A stretch of DNA of 64,000 bases from the human T2T-CHM13v2.0 reference genome, Homo sapiens. The stretch lies in NCBI RefSeq assembly GCF_009914755.1, contig NC_060948.1; one strand, written 5' to 3'. The translations under genes and the position numbers were made by a program. Within the stretch, counting starts at the first letter, position 1. Each line of letters opens with the position of its first letter. Positions 45,690 to 59,699 of this stretch are shown here, in pieces. Under the pieces are notes generated by a model that had not been told where the DNA came from, ran no database searches, and saw only the letters and a program-made list of their open reading frames with translations.

Positions 45690-46660
45690 GTCAGTCTCAC
45701 TCATCACTCAAAGAGACCTTGAATTCATCTTCTCTTTTTTCTCATTTCTCCATGCCATAATTTACAATGTCATCACCCTTTCTCCTACATATGATCTAAA
45801 AAACTGGCATCTCAACCTAATTCCATCCTAAATCATACATGGCCAGCATAGTTTGTTTCCTTTATTAAACATTTGAATGTAATACCTGGGGGCAGGGTGA
45901 GTGTGCTGGGTTCTGCTTTAAATTTGCATGATTTCTGAGGCCTTCAAAAGCATTTGGATTTTTAAACCTTCCTTAGACAGTTGTAATCCAGGCTCCTAAT
46001 TGTTTTCTCCTTCAAGTTGTAAATTGTCCCTGTCCAAATAACCCTCCACCCTTTCCCCAGATTCAGCAATCTAAGAAAACAGTTCTGATCGTATAACCCT
46101 CCTTTGTAAATCTTATTCACTTCTCTATTGCATGAGGGGTAAGATCCAAACTCTAACATGGCAGATGAGAAGTTTCATCACTCTGTTCCAGTCTGCTTTT
46201 CCCAGTCCGTTCTTTTCCACTTTTTGTTAACATCCTGCCTCCACAACATACACCAAGAGCTGCAGCAGAGCAAGTTATACCTAGTCCCGTTAGCCTGAGT
46301 GGTCTTTCGGGTCCCTTTCTTATGACTGTGCTTTTCTCTGCCTATACTCACTTTGACTTTCTCCCTTACCTGGAAAATGCTTATTCTTCTACTAAGCCCC
46401 AACTCATGTAATAATTCCTATGTGAAGAGTTTCCTGAGTCTCCGGGGAGGTTGATTGTTTTTCTGGGCTACCAATCACACTTCGCACATCTCTTCATTGT
46501 AACACTTACCATAATGTGTTTCAAGATTTATGTGTCCCTGCCTCACTTTGCTGTACAGGAAGCTCTGTGATAAGCATGGTTAGATCAAATTCATTTTTGT
46601 ATTAACAACACCCAGTAGTGTCTGGCACATAATAGGTGCACAAGGGATGTTTCTTGAATA
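45690..46660 (+). mobile_element. L2 3' region
   Basis: tgatcgtataaccctcctttgtaaa...ccaaactctaacatggc...cccagtagtgtctggcacataataggtgcaca..atgtttcttgaat. Confidence 0.65.
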
Positions 46661-47524
46661 GGTGAAAGAGGAATCTCCCTATTTCTCCCTACTTATATTC
46701 TGTGGGCAGCTGCTATCCCCTTGCTGTCTGTCTGATCCTCAATCTCTTCCTCTTGTCCACTCAAACTTCCTCATGGTATTTTGCTTATTCATCTTACATC
46801 TTTACCCTCTGGTTTTTGAGATGGTGATAAAGACAGGGGTCAGGGCTCAGGGCTCTGTGATTAATACTTCTAGACATCGCAGTTTGGTTTGGTGCCACCA
46901 TCAATGACAGCAGCTGCTATCATTTTTCTCAGTTTCCAGGATTCTTCCAATATTTCAGGGCATAGCCTAATTCTAGACCTATCTCTGATGATTTGAGGTA
47001 TATGATATGTGTAATTCAATACTTCATATCTGCATTTATTATTGTATATGAGCCTTCCACAAGGGCATTTTTGTCTGTTTAAAATGTAATAATAAATCAA
47101 ATATGTTGAATTTTCTGTATATCTGAATGCATTGTAAAACTATTTTAATGGTGTTCGAGATAAAATTCAGACTGAACATATCATATACTAATGACATCAT
47201 GTTAATATGCTTGTAACAAACATGAACAGGGTATCAGTTGTGAATAGATAACCATAATAAAATTCAGTAGGTTTGTTCTTGAGAGTGAGGTGTCACAAAT
47301 TCTGTTTGGCAAGATATGGACTATGAAACTGGCAAAATTAGCCTTCTGGGGTTTAAATTAACCTATAACAATTTCATTGCTTAAGAATATTAAGGCAACT
47401 TAATACTTTTGTTAAAGTGTAAATGCAAGACAAGAAAGAGTAACGGCAGGCTGTTTTACTTTTTATATTGTCTTCTTTAATGTATTTCCGCTTTTCCTGC
47501 CTGCCAATGCCATTCATATTATAT

Positions 47525-47675
47525 TCTTTTTACCGTGAAAATGGAGCATATAATTTTATAGATAAGGAAACAAAAGCTCAGAGAATAAAAATGGCTTGCT
47601 CAAAGAGACACAACTAGTTAGTAACAGGGCTGGGACTAAAATTCAGATCCCTTCACTCCCACACTAAGGACCTTA
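47525..47675 (-). mobile_element. MIR fragment
   Basis: attttatagataaggaaacaaaagctcagaga...gcttgctcaaag..acacaactagttagtaacagggctggga. Confidence 0.7.
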
Positions 47676-48537
47676 ACATTATTATATGCTGTTCCCCTTC
47701 ATTTGACTTGTTTTTCTAATGTTCAGAGTGTGTGCTGTTTTATTTACTGCAAAGAGATGCTCTGTTTCTCCATAAAGTGATTACAAATCCGTGGAGCTAC
47801 AGTCATCATAGATGTTCCTACAAATAATTTAAAAGCAAAATATTGAAGTATGCCTTATCTTCACTGCCAATGAAATTATGACCAAATGGTAATTACTGAA
47901 TAACAAAACAGTCATATAGCAACCAATCCAATTGTTTAATGCTATATCTAAAGGCAAACATTTTAAAAAGCAGTGAGTTAATACAATTTTCAAAAATTTG
48001 ACTCATCAAGCTGTCTCAACAGTCAACAGTTTGAGGATTGCATCAAAAAATGGGCAGGCACTGATGAGATTACCAAATGATATCTTATCTTTAAATGCCC
48101 TAGTTTAAAATTAGCAAGAATACGTTTGGTGTCTAATTTCTGAGAAGTAAAAACAGCTTTGGCTGTTTACCCTAAGTTTAGGACAAAACTCAATTGAATG
48201 AAAGCAAGAAGTGGAGTAGAAATTTTAGCATTTTAAAAGCTGACAGCTCTAACCTGAACCAGAGTATTTATGTTATTAAAATAGTCTTGGAATCCTAGGT
48301 CAGGCAATTCCATCTTTCTGAACTGCCCTCTATACACTTCTCCACCAGCAATACTCAGCACTTCTTTCAAAGCAAAGGCTCTCAAGCTGACCCAAAGCAG
48401 GAATGTTTCCTTGACCAATCTATATCACATTTTAATGATTTCTCGACAGTATTCACAGCTCTTTCTAGCTCTGTATCTTTTGATGGATATCTTAGGGAAG
48501 TAATTTCAGCAAGTGACAATTTTAAAAAGCTGGAGGG

Positions 48538-48809
48538 TTTTTTCGTTTTGTTTTAGTTTGGTTTGGTTTTGAGACAGGATCTCGCCCAGGCTGGAGTGCA
48601 GTGGCATGAGCTCAAGCAATCCTCCTGCCTCAGCCTTCTGAGTAGCTGGGACTACAGGCTCACACTGGCTAAATTTTGTTGTTGTTTATAGTAGGGACAA
48701 GGTCTCACTACATTGGCCTTGCTGGTCTCCAACTCCTGAGCTCAACAGATCATCCCGCTGCGCCCTCCCAAAGTTCTGGGATTACAGGCATGAACCACCA
48801 TGCCCAGCC
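48538..48809 (-). mobile_element. AluJ with internal deletions
   Basis: Reverse Alu missing part of the right arm (gtggcatga|gctcaagcaatcc). Confidence 0.85.
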
Positions 48810-49004
48810 CCAAACTGGAGATCTGTATAGAGCATTTTATGTTGCTTTGATGAAAGATATGTAACACATGTCAAATTATAAAACTGTATTACTACTTTTA
48901 TATATTTAAAAAGAAAGAAATGAATAGCAGTTGAATTTAGTTAATTTGTCAATTCAGTAAATATCACTGAGTGTCTACTAGTTTTGAAGTCCTGTGTGAG
49001 GTTG

Positions 49005-49226
49005 TACACAGTGTATATATTTTATATATATATATATACTGAATATATATATATATATACACTGAATATATATATATATACACTGAATATATATATATAT
49101 ACACTGAATATATATATATACACTGAATATATATATACACTGAATATATTTATATACACTGAATATATTTATGCACTGAATATATATATACATTGAATAT
49201 ATAAATATATATATATATATATATAG
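49005..49226. repeat. Compound AT minisatellite, unit CACTGAA(TA)n, about 9 copies
   Basis: Repeated cactgaatatatata units of variable TA length. Confidence 0.92.
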
Positions 49227-49688
49227 TGAGCAAGATTTGTTCTCATTCCTCAAGAAACTCACAGTACAGTGGCAGTCTTACATTTTGTAAATATTTAATA
49301 GCTAACTCGACAGTGCTATGACTGACAGGTTATGTGTGATTTTATCTCACTCCCCATTCAATCATTGAATGAAGAATTGATTAAGGAAAAAATGAAGGAG
49401 AACCAAGTTCCATCACACTGGTTCCTATCTGGGCTATGGTTTCAATTATTCAAGAAAAATTTGGCTTGTCCTTGCCGAAATTGTATATTCAACAAAGATT
49501 TATAGTTGTGGTTTCCTAAGTGCTCTGGAAGTCTACAATGATGCAGTATCTGGTTAAAAAAAATGTGGCTACCTGATAAGTCCCCCACTGCTTGCTGTTG
49601 CAAAAAAATGATTCATTAGAAAAAAAATGATTTGGAATCAGAAATTATAGGTTATTTTCTGGATCTACCACTTAACCTTTTATACCAC

Positions 49689-51885
49689 TGTATTAGTCCA
49701 TTTTCATTGTGCTGATAAAGACATACCTGAGACTGGGCAATTTATAAAAGAAAGAGGTTTATAGGACTTACAGTTCCACATGGCTGGGGAAGCCTCACAA
49801 TCATAGTGGAAGGCAAGGAGGAACAAGTCACACCTTATGTGGATGGCAGCAGGCAAAAAGAGAGCTTGTGCAGGGTAACTCCTGTTGTTGTTGTTGTTTT
49901 CTTTTTTTTAGGTTTCAATATTTTATTCAAGTTTAAGTGATGTTAATTACAGCATTTGAAGGGGAGGATCTAATTCCACAGAAAATGGAAGACTCTAAAA
50001 TGTACCCATTAGACTGCTAAAAAACAAATTGAAGGGTGAGAATATAACAGAAGTCCAATTTAGATTCTGAGTGTTGTCACCATGTGATTACAATCACACA
50101 GACGCTTCCAAGCTTATAGCTGGAGTTCCTGGAAGCTATTTCATACTCTAGTGCAAGGGCTAAAAAACACAACACAGGAAGGAATAAGTCCTGAATTATT
50201 GGCTTCATCACATCCACCCTCTCCACCCCAAAATGGCACAAAAGAAAGAGTGACCACACCCTGCAGACCTTTTGGTGTAAAAGAGGTAACGATGAACTGG
50301 GCTGGGAAAAGGTCATGAAGCTCTGTCTAAAAGAGTCCCATTCAGGTGAGTTTGTACACACCATCAAGCAGCAAGCCCCTCATCAGTTAGGGTTAGGAAA
50401 CCAAGGTTCGATTCTCAGGAAATCACAATTTCATTCATTTACTCAATATGAACTTACAAAGCGCCTACATATTATCAGCTTCCACTTGCAGCCATTTCTA
50501 GAGAAAAAAGACACCTGGCATCTCAAAGTGGCTGCCAAGTTCCCCCAAGTCTACCACTGAAAGGGCCTTTTTTGGAAATGAGTTTCTTCTGTACCTCTGA
50601 AAGGGTAACATCTTAAAGCTGAATCATCTTTAACCTGGAGGGGTAACATATTTAGCAATACTTGCGTCCCAGACATACAACATTAAAAGATACACTAAAT
50701 TCTGAAGGTAGCTATGCTGCAAAATAGTTTAAAATTAAACAATTGTACAGTATTCATTTATGCTTGAAATTCCAGTCCTAGACCAAGCTTGTGGCCACCA
50801 GCATTGACGTTCTTGCCATCCAGAAGAGCTGACAGTGTCAGTTTGATACCTGGCTTTAGGGTCTGAGTGTATCCTAAACCTATCAGGCTGGAGTTGTTCA
50901 CTTTAGCCAAGAAGCAGGCTTCAGGGTCAATCAAATACTTGGCTGCTATTTTGAAATGCGTGTTACTGTTTCCTGCTTGTCCAGGTGAGATTGACAGCAG
51001 TCTCCAACTTCTTGTTCACTTTCTGGTAAATGAGGCCGCCAAACTCTGTCCCGTCATTCACATTAGTGTGAAATTGGAATTCATCAGTCTTGCAGCCAAC
51101 TGCAAAGTTGCTCTGGGTCACTCCGGACTTTGCAGTCTCAAAATTCATCTGGTAGCCGGCCAGCCAGCCCTTGTAACCCAGCATCAGAGCAGCCCGGATG
51201 GAAGGCCCAGCAATGTCGAAATCTATGTTGCAGTCCAGGGTAATGTGCTCCTGCTTGTAACCTGTCTTGATTTTAGCATCTTTTTTCCCCCAGTCTTAGG
51301 TAAGAAGGATGAATCGAAGGTCAGCTTCAGTCCACGTGCAAGCTGATCTTCCACAGTAATCTCGGTGCCTAGTGTATTATCCGTGTTCTATTTCTCTGTA
51401 AACGTCAGGCCGTACTCAGTCCATCTGTACTTGGTTTCCAGACTGCCCGTCACTTTGGTGGTCTCAGTGTTGGCTGAGCCTGAGCTTGTAAATTCCAACC
51501 CATTCTCAGATTTTGTTTTCAAATCAAGCATTATTAAGCCAAATCCATAGCCCTTAGTGAAGACATCCCTGGCAGACTTGCCAAGATTGGCATACATGGG
51601 TGGCACAGCCATCTTATGCTTAGAGGTGGTGGCAGTGGGCTAGGAGGTGGCTATGGCCGGGGCTGCTGTGCGGAGGCAGAGAACTAAGTGGAGCCAGCTG
51701 CGGGGCCCAACTCCCGTTTTTAAAACCATCAGATCTCAGGAGACCCATTCACTGTCCGGAGAACAGTACGGGAAAGACCCACCCCCCTATTCAGTCATCT
51801 CCCATCAGTTCCCTCCCACAACATATGGGAATTATGGGAGCTACAAGATGAGATTTGGGTGGGGACACAGAGCCAAACCATATCA
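49689..51885 (-). mobile_element. THE1A/B solo LTR split by the VDAC1 retrocopy (49689-49886 and 51709-51885)
   Basis: tgtattagtcc...agagcttgtgcagggtaactcc | aactcccgtttttaaaaccatcagatc...agccaaaccatatca; 5-bp TSD ACCAC at 49684-49688 and 51886-51890. Confidence 0.92.
49887..51708 (-). pseudogene. VDAC1: Processed pseudogene of voltage-dependent anion channel 1 (5'UTR, former CDS 51612-50758, ~850-nt 3'UTR, poly-A); the specific VDAC1P number is not identifiable here
   Basis: Intronless [26 protein letters not shown]...[14 protein letters not shown] to ...[13 protein letters not shown]; TGG>TAG at codon 75; apparent +2 (~51285) and +1 (~50977) frameshifts; AATAAA near 49922; degenerate poly-A; TSD aactcc(t/c)gtt. 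Confidence 0.96.
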
Positions 51886-52349
51886 ACCACCAATAAAGCC
51901 AATTTAATAAAATGAAGAATATATGTGTATGTGAAAAATACTATATGTTATAATCTGTAAACAAAACATATCATAGAAAATTGCTCATATTTATAGAGAT
52001 ATTTATTATATATGTAGACTGTGTTCTTATTGCGTTATTAATATCTAAAGTTACATTCGAAGTCTTTAGTTTAATCTGGAAAATCATCTCAATTTACTAC
52101 TGCATACTTCATATGAAAATTGCTTTTCAGTTTTTTTACTACAAAATATACATCTGGATATCTGTAAGTCAATGATGTTCTTTAACCTTAGGATTATTAT
52201 AGTATTATTTTTAAATCAGGGGAGACTTTAAAATAAAGTGAAATCTGTGTGGCATGACTGTCCTAATTTTTACTCTACCTTATTAAAACCGTTTTAATAG
52301 ATTTTTACTCATTAGAATCATATCACTCCAGAGGTTTTCACTTTTTTAA

Positions 52350-53295
52350 TAAATATTCTGCTAGCTTTTAGTTTCAACACCTATGTATTTATTCATTTTT
52401 ATTAGTTTAATCTCTTTAAGAATATGTGTGAACTTTTGTCATAATGTTCTTTCCTTAGTTTTTTAAACATTATTTGGTACTGTTTCTTTAATCAATTTAA
52501 AGATAGTTCTTTTTATCTACTTAATGATTCTTAAAAGTTCTTGGAGTAACACCAGAGCTATTTGTTGTGGCTGTTGACTCTTTTCTACGGCAAATTTTGA
52601 ACTCTGAGCTAATCTTCAGAGATAATTTATCTGTAGGAATCCTCTTCTGCCTGGATTGAACATTCCTCCTAGACAAGTTTTGAGTTTACCACTGCTAAGG
52701 CAACCCGGGAGTATTACCTTCTGGGGACCACTTTTTACTTTAATATTTTACTTTAGGTATCCGTGGATCATGTGAGTAGTATAAATTCAGACCATAACCT
52801 GTTAAAATGAAAATCTGCATTTATAAGTTCTCAGGAGAGCCCTTCTCCCGCCCCCCATCCAGAGACCAGACTAACATAGGCATAGTTCCTTGGAATCTCA
52901 CTGTTCTGATGGCATTTTTTAAAATCCAACATATGTATGCTTCTTCAAAGTCTTGGCTTTGTTCAAGGGATCTCATTTCCAAATTCCCACTTCAAGTGAA
53001 CCTAAGACCTTAGCCTTGTGCCTTGTGTTCTTTCCTTGCAATTGAATCACAGGCCCCTTGGTTTGAGGAACCATAAGTCCTCCCATAACCTGCACACCCG
53101 CCACCACAACATCATCACTAGGGCAACCTTGATGTCAGGACTTTTTTTGTGCTGTTCCTCTAAGGATTGCTTTCCTTTTCTTATGATCTAAGTAATACAC
53201 ATAAAGGAGTGTTGCTATATTTTCTTCAGCAGTTCTATGGGTTTTGTAGCAGGAGAGTTTTCTGGTTATTTTTCCATATTAACAGAAATGGAAAT
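52350..53295 (-). mobile_element. Ancient L1ME/HAL1-like 5' remnant
   Basis: T-rich ORF1-like tract ending ttttgtagcaggagagttt...ccatattaacagaaatggaa; highly diverged. Confidence 0.4.
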
Positions 53296-53331
53296 CTACT
53301 AGGTTTTACATGCTTAAAGTTTAATTTGTCA

Positions 53332-53682
<351 letters not shown>

Positions 53683-54528
53683 CTATTTTTCCCCTGGAGG
53701 CTTTGCATTCTTCAAAGAACATTGCCATATTCCAACTGAAATGGAGATTTTGCTGAGATTTTTGTTTGTTTTTGCTTATATCCGGACTTAACTTTTAAAT
53801 ACAACCTTCTTGTCTTCTTTCCTGTCTTCCAAACTCATGGATTTACCATTTCACAGGGAAAGGGTATGCTTTATAAAACGAGCAGAAATCCACATCTAGC
53901 TTGAAATCTACTTCATAGGAAACTTAAATTAATTCAGAATAAAACTAAGCCAAATGCTAAGTTAAATGCTAGTATGGAAAATTGTCTTTTTAAAATGCAT
54001 CTTTTTTTAAAGAGCTTGAAATGTCTGGTAGAGACGCATAATTCTTTCACGGAAGGGTTTCATGAAGCACAGATGTTTTTCAGCCTCCCACGGGGATATA
54101 TACCACCACAGTGAGGACAACAGATGCCTCTTCCCTCACTTTCCTATCTGGCTTCATTCCTTATGAATCTATTTCTTTTAGTGATTAGCTCAGAGAAGCT
54201 TATTTCAGCACAGTTAACCTCAACCCCTTCTTGAAAGTAGATTTTATGGAATGAGGTAAGGAAGAAATAGAACAACTCATTTAAAAATTCTGGCAGTTTC
54301 AACTGCCAATTTTTGGGGGATACCATTTTCAATTATACCCACTAAAATAGTAAATATCTAAGAATTCAAAGTAGTTTAGAGAAATAAAGTTAATAAAGAT
54401 TTAATTGAATTATAAATGTGCTAACTTTCTATTAAATTATGTATGAATCAACCATTTTAAAATTCATTCTTTATGTATGTCACTGATACTATGTTAGTGT
54501 CAAGATGTAGCAACTGAGCCATATTTAT

Positions 54529-55012
54529 GTGTATGTAAGTTTTCTATTGCTGCTGTAACACGGTATCACAAATTAGTGGCTAAGAACAACACAAATCTAT
54601 CATTTTATATTTCTGAAGGTTAAAGGCCCAACAGAACTCAGTGGACTAAAATCATGGTGACAATAGGTTTATTTCCTCTGGATCCTTTAAGGGAGAAGCC
54701 ATTTCCTTGCCTTTTCCACCTTCCTTGGCTCATGTCTCTTCCTCCATCCTCAAAGCGACTCTGCATTTCTCTCACCCTTCTTCACCTCATGTCTCCCTTT
54801 GACTAGATCTGGGAAATGTTGTCCTTTTTTAAGCACTCATGTGATTAGATTGGGCCCACCTGCCTAACCCAGGTCCTTGAGTCTCTCCATCTCAAGGACC
54901 TTAACCTTAATCACATCTGCCAAGGTCACTTTTGCTATGTGAGATAACATAATCACAGGTTCTGGAATTGGAGCTCAGACATCTTTGGGGGCCATCATTC
55001 TGTCTTACTATG
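54529..55012 (-). mobile_element. MLT1 (MLT1D-like) MaLR LTR
   Basis: tctattgctgctgtaaca...gtgattagattgggcccacc...taatcacatctgc...acatctttgggggccatcattctg. Confidence 0.8.
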
Positions 55013-55128
55013 TTGTATGTAATTAAAACCTTGCTCTCAGCTGTCTAAAAGTTTGCCTGAGCAAATGAATTGGCAATGTATTCAATCCAATTCACTCCCT
55101 AATATCATCATGATAAAAAATTAACTGA

Positions 55129-55481
<353 letters not shown>

Positions 55482-56279
55482 CAGACATATTTCTTCTTAA
55501 TCAAATAACATTAAATTGGGTTATATTATTAAACTTAATGAGTGTCTACTGCTTACCTTATGTCTGGATGACAATGGACAGGTGCTTATTTATTTTAAAT
55601 CTACTCATTATTTATATAAAAGCTTTATAATTTCTCAGGTTGGTATTTTTTAAAGTTTGTATTTAATTTATATTACAAATGATTCATACTACCCACTATG
55701 AAGATTTTACATTGTATGATGGAAAAATGCTTCATACATAATTTGCCTATAATAAATATTAGGAATTTTATGGAAACATTCATTTTCATTTTGAGAAATA
55801 CAACAAGAGTCATTAGAAAAAAAGAGAAACAAAATGTTTGAAACAAGTATTACCATGAAGTGACTTTTTTTTTTTTTTTGCATTTCACAAAATGCACAAA
55901 ATTTGTGTTAAGGTTCATTTTGAAAGACCCAATGGTCTTTCCAAAATAATGGTCTATTAAAAAACTATTGAAAATTATTTAAAAACTGTAAAAAACTCTC
56001 ACAAAAATAATTTTATCTGGAGAGAAACCATTCTTATTCATCTTTGTATCTCCCATGATATAATGGCACTTTTGTTGTTGTTTTTTTCATTTATGAGCTG
56101 TGAGGATATCAAAGCCAATTCTTTTTAGAAGTTAAAATTTTAAAATTTAAAACCAGAGAAAAATCTTGGAATGGAATATACCTGTATTATAGTATAGAGC
56201 TATGTTCTTTTGATGAGCAATACTATAATACATAGCACTATTATTATAATATTAGATTAATTTTCTGTGTGAAGTCGGC

Positions 56280-56410
56280 TCCTTTCTCTTCCCTTTCCTC
56301 TCTTTTCTTCTATTGTGTCTCTCCTTTTTCTTTCCCTTCTTTCCATTCCTCTCTTTGAATCTTCTATGTTCTCTTCCTCTTTTTTCCATATCTAGTCCTC
56401 CCTTCTCCTC
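56280..56410. repeat. CT-rich low-complexity tract
   Basis: Polypyrimidine stretch. Confidence 0.7.
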
Positions 56411-57380
56411 ATACTGAAGTAATTCAAAATCTGCTACTAGGAATTGTTCAGTTAATATATCTTAAGACATGTGTCATGTTGACATATATTGTTAACTTAA
56501 TGTGTCTTCCTCTTTGCTGAGGGATATGTTGTCTTAATCTTTTTTTCCCCCAAACATTGCAATTTACTTCTCTCTCTCATACAAATAACCATAAACTAGT
56601 TATAGCAATCAATTCGCATGCAGTAATTACATTACCTATGATAATTATAATATGTGTCACCTGGACCTGTATTTGTTTTAATGGGAATCAATAATTCTCA
56701 AGTGGGCAGAAGTGTGTAGCTGATTATGTGTTCAAGTGATCAGAGATTAGGCAGCATTTGATTAAATGAACTGCCTGGATATTTTGCAATTACTTTTGAT
56801 CAGTCTGCTATGGCCACTGCTCCTGGCTGTCATGTGATGCAGTTGTCGAACACTAGTCTTACATACTGTGGTAGAGGACACAGACCAGTGTAGATCCGGA
56901 ACTCAATACAATCGCTTAGGGTTCTTCCAAAGAGAATGATTATACTACTCACTGTGAATAAGCTCAGCTGTCCAAGGCTACCCATTCTTGGGCTTCCAAG
57001 AATTCACTTCTTGATTCAAATATATATCCATTTCACAGGGGACCAACTGGCTGAAGGAACCCTAAATTGGGTTTGGTTTTCTGCACCTATTACCTTATAT
57101 ACCCAGACTCTCCATCACCTTCACTATCCAGGAATCTGCTACTAGGGTTTAGGCAGGTTTTCAAACCACAGTGGGCCTGATGAGAACCTGTTTCATTGGA
57201 CAGTGTTTATCACACATCCTTCAGAGGGAGGCTACCTGCTGTGATACTAGAAGGCCTCAAGAAAGTCCATCCTTCCTGATTCAATGTTGCTTACACTTCT
57301 TAAGTAAAAAAAGCTACTGTCATTGGATTCCCAACATTTCTTGTGAAAAAAAAAAGAAAAGAGAAAGAAGAAGAAAAGAA

Positions 57381-57683
<303 letters not shown>

Positions 57684-57879
57684 GAATAAGAAGAGAAAAG
57701 CCAAAGGAAACAATACAGAATGTAAATTTAAGCCCATGTGGGAGGTAGTGGCATGAACCCTAACTACAGTTATGAAAAAAAATGGTTGTATATCTAATCA
57801 ATTTACGAAATTTTGATTTCAAATGCATATTAGCATAGTCAATGTTCTGAGAAGTCCTTACAAAAAAATAGATTTAACT

Positions 57880-59600
57880 GTATTCATTCAGCTTCTTGGA
57901 TCTGTAGGTTTGTGTTTTGTTTGCCAGATTTGTAAATTTTTCATCTATTATTTCTTCAGATACCTTTTTAGCCCTACCCTCTTTCTTCTCTCCAGAACTC
58001 TGAAGAAATGAACATTAGATCTTTTGTTATAATCCTACACGAACTTCAGGCTCTGTTAATTTTTTTATAGGCTATTTTCTTTCTGTTGTTCAAATAGATT
58101 AAATATGATTTTTTTCAATTTCTTTGATTCTTTCCTCTCCAAAAGATTCTCTGATCTTTTCCTCTCCAGAATGGTCCTCTCCATTCTGCTGTTAAACCCA
58201 TCCACTGAGTTTTTATTTTTGTTATTGTATTTTTTATTTGAGTTTCCATTTGATTCTTTTATAATTGATCCATTATGATTATACAGTTTTATAGGGTACA
58301 ATTTTATGTTTTGATACATCTATAGGTTGTATAATGATCAAATTAGGATATTTAACATATTTGTCACCTCATACATTTATCATTTGACTCTTATTTATAT
58401 CTTTTGTTTTTTCTGGGACTTTCCATATCTTTGCAGAAACTTTCTATTTTTTTTTTTTCATTTGTTTCAATGTGTTTGTGGTTGCTTGTTGGGAGATTTT
58501 TATGATGGCTGTTTTAAAATTCTTCCCAAATAATTCTAACAATTCTGTCATTCTGGTGTTGGTGTCTGTTGCTTGCTTTATCACTTTTACATGGAGATTT
58601 CCCTGCTTCATGGTAGGATGAGTGATTTTCAATTGAAATCTGGACATTTTCAGAATTTTGTTATGAAACTCCAAACTTCATTTAAATTTTCTGCTTTAGT
58701 AGGCCTTATCTGACACCACTCCAGTGAGAAAGGGGGCACTGCCTCATTATTTCCAGGGATAGCGGAAATCCCAATTTCCCACTCAACTTCTGTTAACACA
58801 CAGGAGGTGCAGGGGCTCCTACTTACTGCTAGGTGGGGCTAGGGTATACCTTTTTTCTACTAGGCCTCTGCTGTTATCTGTTGTAGGGAATGGCAGAGTG
58901 GCCTCATTACTACTCACTACGTGGCCTCCCTGAACTCTGGGGGGCTAGCCTCACTACTGTTGTGCTGAAGTGAGGGACCTGACTTTTCACTAAGTCTTCT
59001 CTGATACCATCTACTCTGGTGGGGAGGAAGAAGGGCACCTCCTTACTACAGGGTTGTGCCTGGCAATAAATTTTGGGTTCTCCATTCAGCTTTGCACCTG
59101 AAAGGGGGAGTTGCTTGTCATTGCTAGCTTAAGATGGGAGCTCTGGCTTTCCACTAGGTCTCCACTGATACTTCCTTGGCCGAGAAGAGTAAGAGTGACT
59201 AATTGCTACTTTCTGCACAATCTTCTCTGATATCAACCTGAAGCGGGGGCTGGGGGCTAAGGATCCTTGTTACAGTTTGGCAATGGTAGAAGTCTACACC
59301 CTCCTCTTGGCTGGTGTGTGTTGGGTGGGGCTGCATTTTTTTCCTGTGGTGTTTGGCTGGAGTTAAAAAGTTATCATCTAACATTCTCTCCCTTGGTAAG
59401 CTGTCTCTTTCCAGGACGTTTGGCTACTGAGAACAGGCTTTTGTTAAGACTTTCTTTTTTTTTTTTTTTTTGGTCTGTTGGTGCTTCCAGGTTACTGGCT
59501 TTTCCAGTACCCAGTCTGGGATACATAAGGCAAAAAGAAAACCCAGGGAGCTCACCATCATGTCTTTCCTTGAGTTCTGAGGTCTCTGGCCAATGTCTGG
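57880..59600 (-). mobile_element. Ancient L1M (MC/MD-type) ORF1/5'UTR remnant
   Basis: Reverse ORF1-like text (ctccattctgctgttaaacccatccactgag; gattttcaattgaaatctggacatttt) and 5'UTR motif aaacccagggagctcacca. Confidence 0.7.
58261..58384 (-). mobile_element. Short L1MA 3'-terminal insertion
   Basis: ttttatagggtacaattttatgttttgatac...taatgatcaaattagg; flanked by catttgattcttt / catttgactcttt (TSD-like). Confidence 0.65.
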
Positions 59601-59699
59601 CTTTCTCTTCACACTGTGTTTGCAGAAATCACTTTCTCTTAGACGTTCCAAGGATTTTTTCTCTTTTTTGTTAATCCTATTTAATTCTTTTTTTTTTTT

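Noticed and set aside
48978-49262. Regularly spaced repeat resembling a CRISPR array, and I/Y-rich ORFs
   Set aside because: Spacers are only TA runs, no cas genes, eukaryotic context; it is a minisatellite
50867-51346. 159-aa plus-strand ORF
   Set aside because: Antisense shadow of the VDAC1 pseudogene CDS with a non-ATG start
50758-51612. Functional VDAC1 gene
   Set aside because: No introns, premature stop, frameshifts, poly-A remnant and TSD show a processed pseudogene
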